Source: an uncultured Sphingomonas sp.
Lineage (GTDB): Bacteria; Pseudomonadota; Alphaproteobacteria; Sphingomonadales; Sphingomonadaceae
NCBI GenBank assembly: GCA_964247225.1
Contig: CAXTTU010000003.1
Location: 1-39,761, forward strand
Direction of reading: 5' to 3'
DNA length: 39,761 nucleotides
Of this stretch, positions 27,877 to 36,729 are shown piece by piece. The notes under the pieces were generated by a model, which saw nothing but the letters and a program-made list of their open reading frames with translations, did no database searches and was not told where the DNA came from. Position 1 is the stretch's first letter. Each line of letters opens with the position of its first letter. The position numbers and the translations under genes were made by a program.

Positions 27877-28509
27877 TCAGCCCGCCAGGTAGTCGGGAGC
27901 GGCGGGATGCCCAGCCTTGCCCGCCAGCCACGCCTCGCCCCGCGCGTACAGAGCCTCGACCTCCGGCCCCATGCGCCCCGGCATGTCGCGCTTGACGGTC
28001 ATTCCCGCCTGCGTCTGGAGATAGGCGAGGTGGCGATAGCCGACGGGAAAGCTCTCCAGCAGCTTGGCGTCGAGGTGCAGCGTCGCGTCGGGGGCGACCG
28101 CGTCCATGCGGTCGCGCTCATAGGTGGGCTGGCGCCAGACGATGCCCCACCGACCGCTGCGCCGCTCGAAGAAGTCGTAGAAACGCCCTTCGCAGAACAC
28201 GTCCACGAGCAGGTCGTGGACCACCGAGCGCTGGCCGATCGTCATCTTGGTCTGCACCACCGCGCGGTCGCCGACAAGGTCGATGCTGGTGCCGCCCAGC
28301 GCGTGCTGGACGTCGACGCCCCGGTCCCAGGCGGCGCGCGAGCCGGCGACGAACTCGGCCCCGCTCGACTGCTGCCAGGTCGCCGACATGATCGAGTCGT
28401 CGTGCCACAGCGTCAGCAGCCTGTCCCATTGACCGCTGTCGCGCCACACCGCCCAGCTTTCGACCATATCGCGCAAGGTCGCCCGGTCGTGGAGGTCGGC
28501 GTCAGTCAT
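27877..28509 (-). CDS. SnoaL-like / NTF2-fold protein (resembles the fungal PEP2-type subfamily)
   Basis: DRATLRDMVESWAVWRDSGQW, HALGG, TKMTIGQR, RFYDFFERRSGRWG, YERDRMD, PVGYRHLAYLQ and DMPG. Confidence 0.8.
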   Translation of the reverse strand: MTDADLHDRATLRDMVESWAVWRDSGQWDRLLTLWHDDSIMSATWQQSSGAEFVAGSRAAWDRGVDVQHALGGTSIDLVGDRAVVQTKMTIGQRSVVHDLLVDVFCEGRFYDFFERRSGRWGIVWRQPTYERDRMDAVAPDATLHLDAKLLESFPVGYRHLAYLQTQAGMTVKRDMPGRMGPEVEALYARGEAWLAGKAGHPAAPDYLAG

Positions 28510-28510
28510 G

Positions 28511-29713
28511 TCAGGCGAAGCTCCGTCCGATGAACCAGAACATCCCCACCGCTACCAGCGAGGAGGCCAGCACGTCGACCGTAATCGGTCGCGGCGTAGC
28601 GAGGCGCAACCGACGCGCGGCGACGACCACGCCGGTCACCGCCAGCACCACCGTCAGCTGCCCCATCTCGACGCCCAGATTGAACCCGACCAGGATCTGG
28701 GCGAGCTTTTCGGGCGGCAACCGGCTCTCAAGCAGGTCGGCGGCGAAGCCGAAGCCGTGGATCAGCCCGAACACGGTGGTCACCACCATCCGCAGCCGCC
28801 CGGTATCCTGAAGGTGGCCCGAGATGAACAGGTAGCAGGTGGTGAAGATCGCCGCGCCGATCAGCAACAGCGGCGGCAAGGTCCCATAGCCGAGCAGCCG
28901 CAACGCGGCCATCACCAGCAGCACCGCGCCGGTCGCGAGCGCCAGCTTGGTCGGCCGGGGCAGCGAGACGACGATGTTCTCCACCCCGATCAGCGCGATC
29001 GTCAGCGCCACCAGCGCGTCGATATATTCGGCATGCGGCCGGATCAGCCCGGTGACCGCAAGCCCCAGCGTCAGGCTGTGCCCGATCGTGAAGCCAGTGA
29101 CGACGAAGATCAGGTCCTTCAATCGCCGCGAGATCAGCACCAGCCCGAGCAGGAACGACATGTGATCGACGCCGGTGAAGATGTGCATGACGCCCATCGA
29201 CACGAACCGGAACAGCCCCGCATCGCCCAGCTCGCCTCCCTCGCTCTTCCTGAGGTCGAGTGTGCGACCGTCGGCGGTGAACAGCTGTTCGACGAAATCG
29301 CCGTTGGCGAACTGGATTTGCGCAAGGTTCACATGCGTTGGCACCAGATCGAAGAACGCGTCGAAGCGCAGGCTGATGGGGGCGATGCCGGGGCAGTCGA
29401 ACGCCAGTTCGGCGCGGCGAAAACCGGTGGCGGCGAGTACGGTGCGCGGGGGGAAGGCGGCGGGGCACGGCTTGTCGCCCGCGCTCGCGCCGACGCGCGG
29501 GGTGAGATAGGCGAGGATCGCCGCGTCGCTCGGCCTGCCCCCGCGCGGACCGATCCGCGCCGCTTCCAGGTCGGGGATCGTCACGCCGACGCGGATGATG
29601 CGACCGTCGACGGTCCAGGTCGAATGCGTCTCGCTGCGCGTGTGCGCGGAGGCGGGCGCGCTCCCGATCAGGAGGAGCAGGAACACCAGCCACGCGAACG
29701 ACCGCGCGCTCAC
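28511..29713 (-). CDS. HupE/UreJ family membrane protein with N-terminal periplasmic domain
   Basis: Signal peptide ending ASA-H, GVMHIFTGVDHMSFL, TGFTIGHSLTL, FGLIHGFGFA and GFNLGVEMGQ. Confidence 0.88.
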   Translation of the reverse strand: MSARSFAWLVFLLLLIGSAPASAHTRSETHSTWTVDGRIIRVGVTIPDLEAARIGPRGGRPSDAAILAYLTPRVGASAGDKPCPAAFPPRTVLAATGFRRAELAFDCPGIAPISLRFDAFFDLVPTHVNLAQIQFANGDFVEQLFTADGRTLDLRKSEGGELGDAGLFRFVSMGVMHIFTGVDHMSFLLGLVLISRRLKDLIFVVTGFTIGHSLTLGLAVTGLIRPHAEYIDALVALTIALIGVENIVVSLPRPTKLALATGAVLLVMAALRLLGYGTLPPLLLIGAAIFTTCYLFISGHLQDTGRLRMVVTTVFGLIHGFGFAADLLESRLPPEKLAQILVGFNLGVEMGQLTVVLAVTGVVVAARRLRLATPRPITVDVLASSLVAVGMFWFIGRSFA

Positions 29714-30600
29714 TCGAAACCCGACGCGATCTGGATGTCGGCGCGCTTGCGCAGGAACGCGTCCGCGCCCGCCTGCATCCGCGCGACCTTGTCCGCGCGG
29801 TAATCCTCGATCACGCGCGGACGCACGCGCTCGAACGGCTGCGATGTCGGGGGCACGTTGTGCGCCATCGCGAGGACGTGAACACCGTCGGGCGCGGGCA
29901 GCGGGTCGGACACCTGCCCGTTGCCGAGCCCCCGCGCCGCCGCGAACAGCCGCGCGCCGAGATGGATGCGCGCGGCGAAATAGAACTCCTCGCCGTCGCT
30001 CGTCTTGCCGGTATCACGCAGCCCGTGCGCCGCCGCTGCCGCCGCGACCGGTAGCCCCGCCCGCATCGCCGCGACCGCGGCGCCCGCCTGGTCGAGCGAG
30101 GGCGCGAGGTAATCGGTCAGCGTCATCACGCCTTCATTGGCGTAATTGCCCGGATGCGCGCGGAAGAAGTCGCGCAACGCCGCTTCCGTCGGTTGCGTCG
30201 CGTCCGCGTCGACCGCCTGCTGCCCCTCGACCGCGCCGACCAAGGCGGTGCGGACCTCCACCACGTCGTTCTGCACGCCCAGTTCGACCCCGCGCTGGAC
30301 GTACAGCTCCTCGCGGATCATCGCGTCGAGCGCCTTGCGTTTCTGCGCAGGCGTGGCCTGGTCGAGCCCGACATCATAGAGCGCGCGGAGCTGGGCGGTG
30401 TAGTCGCTCATCAGGATCGGCACTTGGTTGACGATCGCGACGTCCTCCGGCGGCACGCCCGCCACCCGCGTTCCCTGCGCGGTGAACAGCCCTGCGCCGG
30501 CCACCACCAACCCCGCGACCGCGCCGACCGCGCACAGGATCAGCGAGCGTTTCTCGGACGGCGCGCGCCAGCGGCGAGGCGTGGACAGGGGCTCAGTCAC
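29710..30600 (-). CDS. Membrane-anchored parvulin/PpiC-like (SurA/rotamase-like) protein
   Basis: N-terminal TM, VAIVNQVPI, LDAMIREELYVQRGVELG, LRDFF, GQVSDPL…DGVHVL and PFERVRPRV. GTG start overlapping the upstream stop. Confidence 0.75.
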   Translation of the reverse strand: MTEPLSTPRRWRAPSEKRSLILCAVGAVAGLVVAGAGLFTAQGTRVAGVPPEDVAIVNQVPILMSDYTAQLRALYDVGLDQATPAQKRKALDAMIREELYVQRGVELGVQNDVVEVRTALVGAVEGQQAVDADATQPTEAALRDFFRAHPGNYANEGVMTLTDYLAPSLDQAGAAVAAMRAGLPVAAAAAAHGLRDTGKTSDGEEFYFAARIHLGARLFAAARGLGNGQVSDPLPAPDGVHVLAMAHNVPPTSQPFERVRPRVIEDYRADKVARMQAGADAFLRKRADIQIASGFE

Positions 30601-31360
30601 GCGCGCCCTCCTTCACCGGCGGGTGGAGCGAGGCGACATAGACCGACACCGCGCGCGCCTCCTCCGGCGTCAGCACGCGCGCGAAAGCAGGGCTCACCCC
30701 GGCAAGCCCGCGCTCCAGCGTGCGGGTGATGTCCGCCTCGCTCCCGTTCCCGCTCAGCCATTTGCCGTCGACGAGGTTGGGCGCGCCGATCGCCGGGTCG
30801 CCGCGCGCATCGGGGCTATGGCAATCATAGCAGCCCGCGTCGCGCGTGAAGAGCTGGCGGCCACGGTCGACCGCCGCCTGGGGGTAGTCGCCGCTCCCGT
30901 TGGCGGCGCGCAGGAACGCGACCACGTCGCGCAACTGCGCCGGGGTGAGCGGGGGTAGCGCCTCGCGCGTGTACGGGACGGCGCGGGCATAGGCGGGCAT
31001 GGACGCGAGATCCCACCCGCGCGTGTCGCCCGCGCGGATGCCGTGGAGCACGATCTGCTCGATCTCGCTTGCCCGGCCCGACCCATAGAGGAAGTCGTCA
31101 TCGGTCATGTCGGGTACCGCGCGCTCGCGGCTCCCCTTTGCATCCGCGCCGTGGCAGGACGCGCAATGCGCCGCATAGACGCGCGCGCCTTCGCCGAGCG
31201 CGACCGGGCGCGCGCGGTCCGTATCGAGGATCGCGTCGGGATCGGTCCGCATCAAGAGCAGGCGTCGCTCGGTCGAGCGCGCGTGGACGAACAACGTCGC
31301 GGCGATCGCCACCGCCAGCGCCACGGCGGCGAGCCACAAGGGGCGACGTCCGCCGATCAC
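30593..31360 (-). CDS. Membrane-anchored diheme c-type cytochrome (CcoP-like fold)
   Basis: Two CxxCH motifs (CASCH, CYDCH), plus PDMTDDDFLYG, SMPAY and GAPNLVDGKW. Confidence 0.88.
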   Translation of the reverse strand: MIGGRRPLWLAAVALAVAIAATLFVHARSTERRLLLMRTDPDAILDTDRARPVALGEGARVYAAHCASCHGADAKGSRERAVPDMTDDDFLYGSGRASEIEQIVLHGIRAGDTRGWDLASMPAYARAVPYTREALPPLTPAQLRDVVAFLRAANGSGDYPQAAVDRGRQLFTRDAGCYDCHSPDARGDPAIGAPNLVDGKWLSGNGSEADITRTLERGLAGVSPAFARVLTPEEARAVSVYVASLHPPVKEGARD

Positions 31361-33396
31361 AGCGTCGCCGTCAGCGTTAGCCGGGCCGAGCGCGGCTCGA
31401 GCGGGTGGATCTGCACGCCCGTCACGCCCTCCGCCGCCTCCCCCGGCAGGCGGGTCGTGTAGTAATAGTCTGCCGCGTCGTCCCGGCTGTTCGTCACGTT
31501 GAAAATATCGATCCTCACGTTCAGCCTCGGCGACAGCGTGTAACCGATATTGGCGTTCACCTCGCGATAACCAGCCGAGCGGATCACGCTGCTCTCGACC
31601 AGTGGGTGCTCGCCCAGATCGCGAAAGGCGACCGCGCCGAACCAGCGGCCGAGATCGTGGACGAGCAGCCCCGCCGACCCGATGAACGAGGGCGCATCGG
31701 GGATGAAGCGGCCCGCGGGATCACTGTCCCGGTAGCGGGCGCGGGTGGCGGCGAGGTTGGCGTTGAGCTCCAGCCAGCGGACCGGACGATATTGCGCGGT
31801 GAACTCGACGCCGGTGCGCCGGCTCGGTCGCCCTGCGGTCGTCGCGCCCGCGTCGGCGTCATAGGTCAGCTCGGACGCGAAATCGATGCGGAACACGCTC
31901 AGCGCGGCGGTGAAGCGGCGGACGGCGCTCGTCCGCACACCAGCCTCGTAGCCGGAGGAGCGCACCAGCAACGGCGGGCGTGCGAGGGCATCAGCCGCCC
32001 CACCCTCGACCAGCCCCGCGCGGCCGTCGTTCGAGTGAAAGCCGCGCCCGGCGGACAGATAGAACTCGGTCCTTGCCCATGGCCCGAGGACCATATTGCC
32101 CTTGGGCTGGAACAGCGCCGCCGCTTCGGTGCCGGTCACCCCGCCGACATAGGCGCGGTCCGCGACATGGAAGTAATCCTCGCGAAGTCCGAGCACCGTG
32201 CGCAGCCAAGGCGTCCAGCGGACCGAGTCCGCGAGGTAGCCCGCCAGGCTGAACTCGCGGACACGGTCGTCGCGGATCGTGGCGAGGTCGGCGCGCCCAC
32301 GCGTGTGCATCAGGTCGAGGCGAATATCGTCATAGCGCGTCTGCGCGCCTAGCGTCACGCTGTTTGCAATGCCGCCGATCGTCACCTCGCGTGCGGCGGA
32401 CACTGCCCCGCCGCCAAAGGTGCGCCGATCGTCCTGCGCGTGCTGGTCGCCGTTGACGGGATCGTCGAGATAGTGGCTGAAGTCGTTCCACAAGGTGAGC
32501 CGCTGGCGCACGATGTAGGCGCTCGCGCGCAGCTGCCACGCGCCCGCGGGCCGGGCGAGGTTGGCGGACAGGCTGAACCGCGCGGCGCGGCCGCCGTCTG
32601 ACGGGTCGAGCGATCCGAAGCGACCGATCGACCCGCTCTCGACTGCCCGCAGGGGCTGGTCCGTCGTGGCGTGCCACCCGGCCCCATAAGCGAGCGCGGT
32701 CAAGGAGACGCCGTCATCGCGGTCGCCCCGGCTCCAACGCAGCGCGGCGCTCCCCTTGCGGAAATCGTCGGGATGGTCCCACGGGCCGTCCAGATGCGCG
32801 AGTTCGCCCGCGGCCAGCAGGCGGTCGCCATTCGCCAACGCGATCGAGCCGCCCGCGAACGCGCGCTGGTCGCCCAGTGTGCCCACGCTCAGGCTCGCAG
32901 TCGGGCGCAGCGTGTCCACAAGCCGCAGGTGATCCGCCCCGACCGATGCGAAATCGCCCTCCGCGGCGAAATACGGCCCCTTGCTGAAATCCACCCCCGC
33001 GCCGAGTTCGGGGATGAGGAAGTTGAGGTCGGTATAGCCCTGCCCATGCGCGTGGGTGCGCATGTTGACCGGCATCTCGTCGACATAGGTGGCGAGGTCG
33101 GTGCCGTGGTCGAGATTGAACCCGCGCAGCAGATATTGGTTCGCCTTGCCCTCCCCCGAATGCGCGGTGACGGTGAGGCCCGGCACCGCTTCCAGCAACT
33201 GCCCGACACGGTACACGGGGCGTTGCTGGAGTTCCTGCCGGGTGACCGACCCCTGGCTCGACGTGTCCGCGCGGCCGAGCAGGTCGAGCGTGGAAGCGGT
33301 GACCACGATGTCCGGTGCGGGCGCGTCGGCCGTCTGCGCCAGCGTCGGGCTAGCCGCGACGAGCGGGAGGAGAAGGGAAGCGAAGGGCAGGCGCAA
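31357..33396 (-). CDS. TonB-dependent receptor
   Basis: Signal peptide, TonB box DIVVTA, plug LLEAVPGL…HSGEGKANQYLLRGFNLDHGTD…HAHGQGYTD and C-terminal EPRSARLTLTATL. TTG start. Confidence 0.92.
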   Translation of the reverse strand: MRLPFASLLLPLVAASPTLAQTADAPAPDIVVTASTLDLLGRADTSSQGSVTRQELQQRPVYRVGQLLEAVPGLTVTAHSGEGKANQYLLRGFNLDHGTDLATYVDEMPVNMRTHAHGQGYTDLNFLIPELGAGVDFSKGPYFAAEGDFASVGADHLRLVDTLRPTASLSVGTLGDQRAFAGGSIALANGDRLLAAGELAHLDGPWDHPDDFRKGSAALRWSRGDRDDGVSLTALAYGAGWHATTDQPLRAVESGSIGRFGSLDPSDGGRAARFSLSANLARPAGAWQLRASAYIVRQRLTLWNDFSHYLDDPVNGDQHAQDDRRTFGGGAVSAAREVTIGGIANSVTLGAQTRYDDIRLDLMHTRGRADLATIRDDRVREFSLAGYLADSVRWTPWLRTVLGLREDYFHVADRAYVGGVTGTEAAALFQPKGNMVLGPWARTEFYLSAGRGFHSNDGRAGLVEGGAADALARPPLLVRSSGYEAGVRTSAVRRFTAALSVFRIDFASELTYDADAGATTAGRPSRRTGVEFTAQYRPVRWLELNANLAATRARYRDSDPAGRFIPDAPSFIGSAGLLVHDLGRWFGAVAFRDLGEHPLVESSVIRSAGYREVNANIGYTLSPRLNVRIDIFNVTNSRDDAADYYYTTRLPGEAAEGVTGVQIHPLEPRSARLTLTATL

Positions 33397-33486
33397 CGGC
33401 GGTCCTTGTCCCGCGGCCGATCCGCCGGGGTCGCCGTGCTACTTCCCGCGCCCGCTCGCGTAAGGTTATCTACGGTATGACGCGGG

Positions 33487-33503
33487 GTTACAGCGCGTTA
33501 CAG
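33487..33503 (-). promoter_or_regulatory. Direct repeat CTGTAAC-N3-CTGTAAC upstream of the TBDR operon (possible OmpR/PhoB-type site)
   Basis: GTTACAG at 33487 and 33497 (10-bp period), about 90 bp upstream of the TBDR start. Confidence 0.35.
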
Positions 33504-33512
33504 GCGCGCGGT

Positions 33513-34532
33513 TCACCCTCGCGGACGCAGGGTCAACAGCTGCTCCGCATTGCCGAGATACAGCTTCGCGCGGGTCTCGTCGTTGAGCCCGAGGCTCTCG
33601 ATCGAGCGGATGCCTTCGCGGATGTACATCTCGCCGCCTTCGGGATCGAACGGGCAATCGCTCGCGAACGCAACGTGATCGGCCCCGAAGAAGTCGAGCC
33701 CGCAGCGCAGCGCCGAGGCCGAGCCGCCCAGCACCGTGTCGCCATAAAAGCCGCGGAAATAGTCCATGAACGGACGCTCCAGCCCGCTCAGGATTTGCGT
33801 GTAATCCTCATCCGCGGTCCGCGACCCGAGCTGCGCCCAGAGCGTCTCCGCGCGTCCGTTGAAATAGGGCAGCATCCCGCCGCAATGGTGCGTCAGGACG
33901 CGCATCCCCGGCACGCGGTCGAACATGCCGGAGAACACCATCCGCGCCATCGCCGCGGTGGTCTCGTACGGCCAGCCCATCACCTGCCAGATTTCGTATC
34001 GCGACTTGGGCTCGGCCGCGTAATCGGTGAAGCCCGCGGGGCGGATCGGGTGCATCCAGATCGGCACGCCATGGACATTGGTCGCGTGCTCGAAGACGGG
34101 CAGGAACTCCGGGTCGTCGAGCGGGCGCCCGTTGACGTTGGTCATCACCATCACGCCGCGCGCGCCGAGCTCGCCGATCGCGCGGTCCATCTCCGCCAGC
34201 GCGGCGGAGACGTTGTTCATCGGCAGCGCGGCGACGAAGTGCGGGAACTTGTCGGGCCAGCGCGCGCAAATGTCGGCGAGCCCGTCATTGCCGACCCGCG
34301 CCGCGTGGGCCGCGTCCTCCGGGCCGCCGAGCGCCTCCGGCGGCGGCGTGGCGAGCGAGATCACCTGCTGGAGGCCGGGGTAGCGGTCCAGCATCTCCAC
34401 CCGCGCCTCGATGTCCCAGAGCAGCCGGATGCTCGTCAGCCGCTTGACGAGCCCCGGGTTCTGATAGCGCTCGCGCACGAGGTCGAGATAGCCGGACGGC
34501 AGCACATGGTTGTGGATGTCGATCTTGCGCAT
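33513..34532 (-). CDS. Amidohydrolase_2 family protein (ACMSD/LigW/LigY-like decarboxylase or hydrolase)
   Basis: IDIHNH metal motif, IWMHP, THHCGGMLPY and FASDCPF. Confidence 0.9.
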   Translation of the reverse strand: MRKIDIHNHVLPSGYLDLVRERYQNPGLVKRLTSIRLLWDIEARVEMLDRYPGLQQVISLATPPPEALGGPEDAAHAARVGNDGLADICARWPDKFPHFVAALPMNNVSAALAEMDRAIGELGARGVMVMTNVNGRPLDDPEFLPVFEHATNVHGVPIWMHPIRPAGFTDYAAEPKSRYEIWQVMGWPYETTAAMARMVFSGMFDRVPGMRVLTHHCGGMLPYFNGRAETLWAQLGSRTADEDYTQILSGLERPFMDYFRGFYGDTVLGGSASALRCGLDFFGADHVAFASDCPFDPEGGEMYIREGIRSIESLGLNDETRAKLYLGNAEQLLTLRPRG

Positions 34533-34572
34533 GGTGGTGTTCCCTTGTGGGAGGAGGTGGTCGCCCGCGCAG

Positions 34573-35502
34573 CTAGCGCACGGGCTCGAAATCTTCGGCG
34601 ATCAGATACTCGGCGAGCCGCCGCCTGAGCGCGAGCGCGAACGGCCCGCCGACGACCTGGTCGAGCCGCTCCTCGGCAAGCGCGACGGCGCGGCGCACCT
34701 CGTGGAGGAGGTCGAGCCCGGACGGCGTGAACGACACCCGCTTCGCGCGCCCGTCGATGAGGTCGGGCGCGCGCTCCACCAGCCCGAGCGCTTCCGCGCG
34801 GTCGACCAGTTCGCGCATCGACTGTTTGGTCATCCGCGCCCGCGCCGCGAGATCGGTCAGCCGCGTTCCGGCAAGGTCGAGGTTCCGGAACAGCGCGAGC
34901 AATACCTGTGTGACCTCGCGATACCCGCGCTCGTGGACGAAGCGCAGCAGGTCGCGGGAGAAGCGGCGCGCGGCGAGCGACAACAGCCGCCCGGCGTTAC
35001 GCGAACGCCAGCCGTCCGCTTCTTCAGGCACCCCGACATAGCTGCCGAGCCGCGCCTTCAGCTCGCGGAGGAACGCCTCGCCGACGACGTTCGCGAACCG
35101 CCGTTCCGCGTCGCGGATGCCGTCCTCCAGCCGCCCCAGTACGGCCGCACCCTCGGGCGTGAAGCGCACGAGCTTGGCGCGCAGGTCGTGCGGGTCGGCG
35201 CGGCGCTCGACGAGGCCCGCCGCCTCCGCGCGGTCGACCAGCTCGATCATGCTCTGCTTGGTCTGCCCCGCGCGTTGCGCCAGGGTCGTCAGCCGCGTCC
35301 CCTCGCGATCGAGGTTGAGCATCAGCGTCACCGTCGCTTCGGACACGGCGACCACGCCCGCCGCTTGCAGGACGCGCAGCTTGTGGCGCACGAACAGGTC
35401 GGTCGCGGCGAACATCAGCCGCCCGGCATTGTCGGCGCGCCAGTCGCGATCCGCTTCGCCCGGCGTCGGACGGACCTCTGCTTCGGTGGTGTCCATCCTC
35501 AC
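34573..35502 (-). CDS. Tandem (two-domain) MarR family regulator
   Basis: Two copies of WR..NAGRL…NLD..GTRLT.LA.RA..TKQSM.ELVDRAE..GLVER..D..D.RAK.V.FT..G. The start could also be ATG 35496. Confidence 0.88.
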   Translation of the reverse strand: MRMDTTEAEVRPTPGEADRDWRADNAGRLMFAATDLFVRHKLRVLQAAGVVAVSEATVTLMLNLDREGTRLTTLAQRAGQTKQSMIELVDRAEAAGLVERRADPHDLRAKLVRFTPEGAAVLGRLEDGIRDAERRFANVVGEAFLRELKARLGSYVGVPEEADGWRSRNAGRLLSLAARRFSRDLLRFVHERGYREVTQVLLALFRNLDLAGTRLTDLAARARMTKQSMRELVDRAEALGLVERAPDLIDGRAKRVSFTPSGLDLLHEVRRAVALAEERLDQVVGGPFALALRRRLAEYLIAEDFEPVR

Positions 35503-36608
35503 GCAGCGATGTCGGCCAGGATCGCGCGATAGTCCTGCGCGGTCGGCGCGTACGGGCTGGTGCGGTTGAAGTGGCTCTTGGCCATGTCGTCCACCAGCTG
35601 CGCCTTATCAGCGACCTGATACCCCGCCCCGGCCAAAGTAGCGGGAAGACCGAGCGACGCGACCAGCGCGCGCAAGGCGTCGGCGAGGCCGCCTTCCTCC
35701 ACCCCGATCGCGTGCGCGAGCCGCGCCGCCTTGGCGGGTACATGCTCCGCAAGCATTCGCGTCGTGCGGGGAAGCGCGACGCCGATCAACGTGCCGTGAT
35801 GCACATCCTGGTCGCCGCAGACGAACGCGACAGCGTGCGCTGGCCCCAGCCCCTTGTGGATCGCCGCCCCGCCCGCGAACGCCGCCGCCATCAACGACGC
35901 GCGCGCAGCGTCGCCGCCCGGCTCCAGCGCTGCGTGGACGTCCGCGAACACCCGCGCCGCGCCGTCGAGCGCGAGCGCGTCGATGATCGGGTTGGCGGGC
36001 TGCGCGAAGAAGCCCTCCACGCAATGCGACAGCGCGTCGACCGCCGTCGCGGCGATCAGCCGGCGGGGCAGGGTGCGCGTCAGCTCCGGGTCGCACACCG
36101 CCACGCGCGGCACCAGCAGCGAGTGGCGCGTCCCGAACCCCGGCCCGCCCGCGACGAGGTGGAGCGCCGCTACCGGCGAGCACTCGCTCCCGGTGCCGAG
36201 CGTCGTCGGGATCGCGACGAGCGGCGCGACCGCGCGGATCCGCTCGGGCTTGCCGATCAGGTCGGCGGCGGCGAGCTCGCCCCCCGCCCCGGCCAGCGCG
36301 GTGACGATCTTGGCAGTGTCGAGCACCGATCCGCCGCCCAGCGCCACCACCCCGTCGCAACCGGCTTGCATGTACGCGGCGAGCGCCGCGTCCGCCCCCG
36401 CCGCCGTCGGGTTCTCCGGCACATCGAGGAAGCGCGCTGCCAAACCGGGCACCGCCCGCTCGACCGCCGCGACCAGCCCCGCACGCTCGATGCCGCGGTC
36501 ACTGATCAGCAGCGCGCGGCGCACGCCCAGCAGCGCCAGCTCCGCCGCCAGCGCCGCGACCGCGCCGGGCGCGAACACCAGCCGGGGGAGCACTAGAGCG
36601 GGAGCCAT
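35499..36608 (-). CDS. Iron-containing alcohol dehydrogenase
   Basis: ALGGGSVLDTAK, IPTTLGTGSE, DALSHCVEG, GPAHA and HHG. ATG 36608 with GAAAGGA RBS. Confidence 0.9.
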   Translation of the reverse strand: MAPALVLPRLVFAPGAVAALAAELALLGVRRALLISDRGIERAGLVAAVERAVPGLAARFLDVPENPTAAGADAALAAYMQAGCDGVVALGGGSVLDTAKIVTALAGAGGELAAADLIGKPERIRAVAPLVAIPTTLGTGSECSPVAALHLVAGGPGFGTRHSLLVPRVAVCDPELTRTLPRRLIAATAVDALSHCVEGFFAQPANPIIDALALDGAARVFADVHAALEPGGDAARASLMAAAFAGGAAIHKGLGPAHAVAFVCGDQDVHHGTLIGVALPRTTRMLAEHVPAKAARLAHAIGVEEGGLADALRALVASLGLPATLAGAGYQVADKAQLVDDMAKSHFNRTSPYAPTAQDYRAILADIAA

Positions 36609-36729
36609 CAAACGTCCTTTCCCATTCGCACCGGTTGCCAGCGTCCGCCCGATCCAATAGTAAGGCGGCAGAATGATGTCCAGATCGGCGCGATGCGACG
36701 CCGCCGACCCGGGACACGAGGAGAGCGCG

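Noticed and set aside
30593-31360. ccoP of a cbb3 oxidase
   Set aside because: No ccoN, ccoO or ccoQ nearby; only the diheme fold is shared, so no gene symbol was assigned.
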